A stretch of DNA of 64,000 nt from an uncultured Candidatus Sumerlaeota bacterium. GTDB taxonomy: Bacteria > CAYMEV01. The stretch spans positions 43,084 through 107,083 of the forward strand of contig CAYMEV010000008.1 of the NCBI GenBank assembly GCA_964389675.1, in the 5' to 3' direction. Numbering within the stretch: the first letter of the stretch is position 1; each line of letters begins with the position of its first letter. The translations under genes and the position numbers were made by a program. This document shows positions 63,759 through 64,000 of the stretch, one piece after another. The notes beneath the pieces are model-generated. The model made no database searches and was not told the origin of the DNA. It saw only the letters and a list, made by a program, of their open reading frames with translations.

Positions 63759-64000
63759 ATGGCTGACCTGAAAGAAAAAATAATGAACATATTAAAGAAG
63801 CACAGCCTTATGTCATTTGCAACACTTACGGAAGACAACAGGCCATGGGTCAGGTATGTGACAGGCTCTGTCTTTGATGATATGCGCATTGTATTTGCAA
63901 CCTTCAAGAATTCCCGTAAGGCAAAGCAGGTGGAGAAAAACCCGGAAGTACACATTACCTGCGGTATAACAGACCCTGAAAAAGACCAGGAATACCTCCA
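63759..64000 (+). CDS. Pyridoxamine 5'-phosphate oxidase-like FMN-binding protein (partial)
   Basis: AGGAG RBS, ATG at 63759: MADLKEKIMNILKKHSLMSFATLTEDNRPWVRYV...FATFKNSRKAKQVEKNPEV; runs off the window. Confidence 0.8.
   Translation, partial: MADLKEKIMNILKKHSLMSFATLTEDNRPWVRYVTGSVFDDMRIVFATFKNSRKAKQVEKNPEVHITCGITDPEKDQEYL

Noticed and set aside
1-64000. Many short ORFs in the track antisense to or nested within long genes (e.g. 4823-5248, 5879-6388, 14003-14428, 54959-55477, 58712-59473, 63578-63955)
   Set aside because: They lie on the opposite strand or in alternate frames of well-supported genes, and show no recognisable motifs. Treated as shadow ORFs.
1-64000. tRNA, rRNA or tmRNA genes
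   Set aside because: No cloverleaf with a T-loop GTTCRA signature in intergenic DNA and no rRNA-like segment; nearly all of the sequence is protein-coding.
1-64000. Stop-codon recoding, selenocysteine or programmed frameshifts
   Set aside because: All recognisable genes are full-length under the standard code, with no split domains across adjacent ORFs apart from the IS-truncated remnant.

Overview
A gene-dense 64 kb bacterial chromosomal segment from a diderm organism (TolC, MacA-type adaptor, SppA). I found no rRNA, tRNA, CRISPR array or prophage genes. Housekeeping and transport genes include ABC-2 and MacAB/TolC-type exporters, rarD, trkAH, thiE, sppA, a sodium:solute symporter, zupT and DMT/MFS transporters. 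Four accessory blocks stand out. (1) 4-19.4 kb: three tandem paralogous Ser/Thr kinase-P-loop (STAND-like) NTPase-TPR proteins with 6, 7 and 8 canonical 40-aa repeats, preceded by a kinase-pseudokinase tandem protein, a membrane-anchored transglutaminase-like protein and a DUF350-like membrane protein. (2) 24.3-27.4 kb: a TPR-fused hybrid histidine kinase lacking its phospho-His and one receiver Asp. (3) 35.7-40.7 kb: an ISNCY/IS1202-type element abutting a 5'-truncated FG-GAP-like gene and a large PQQ-repeat beta-propeller gene in an AT-rich stretch. (4) 44.2-50.8 kb: a tightly coupled operon of HATPase-GNAT, LuxE-like synthetase, LuxC-like reductase fused to a PaaK-like ligase, and an MFS exporter, with no luxAB or luxD. 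Two tandem secreted Kelch-repeat paralogs follow. All product calls come from motif recognition by eye; no database searches were run.
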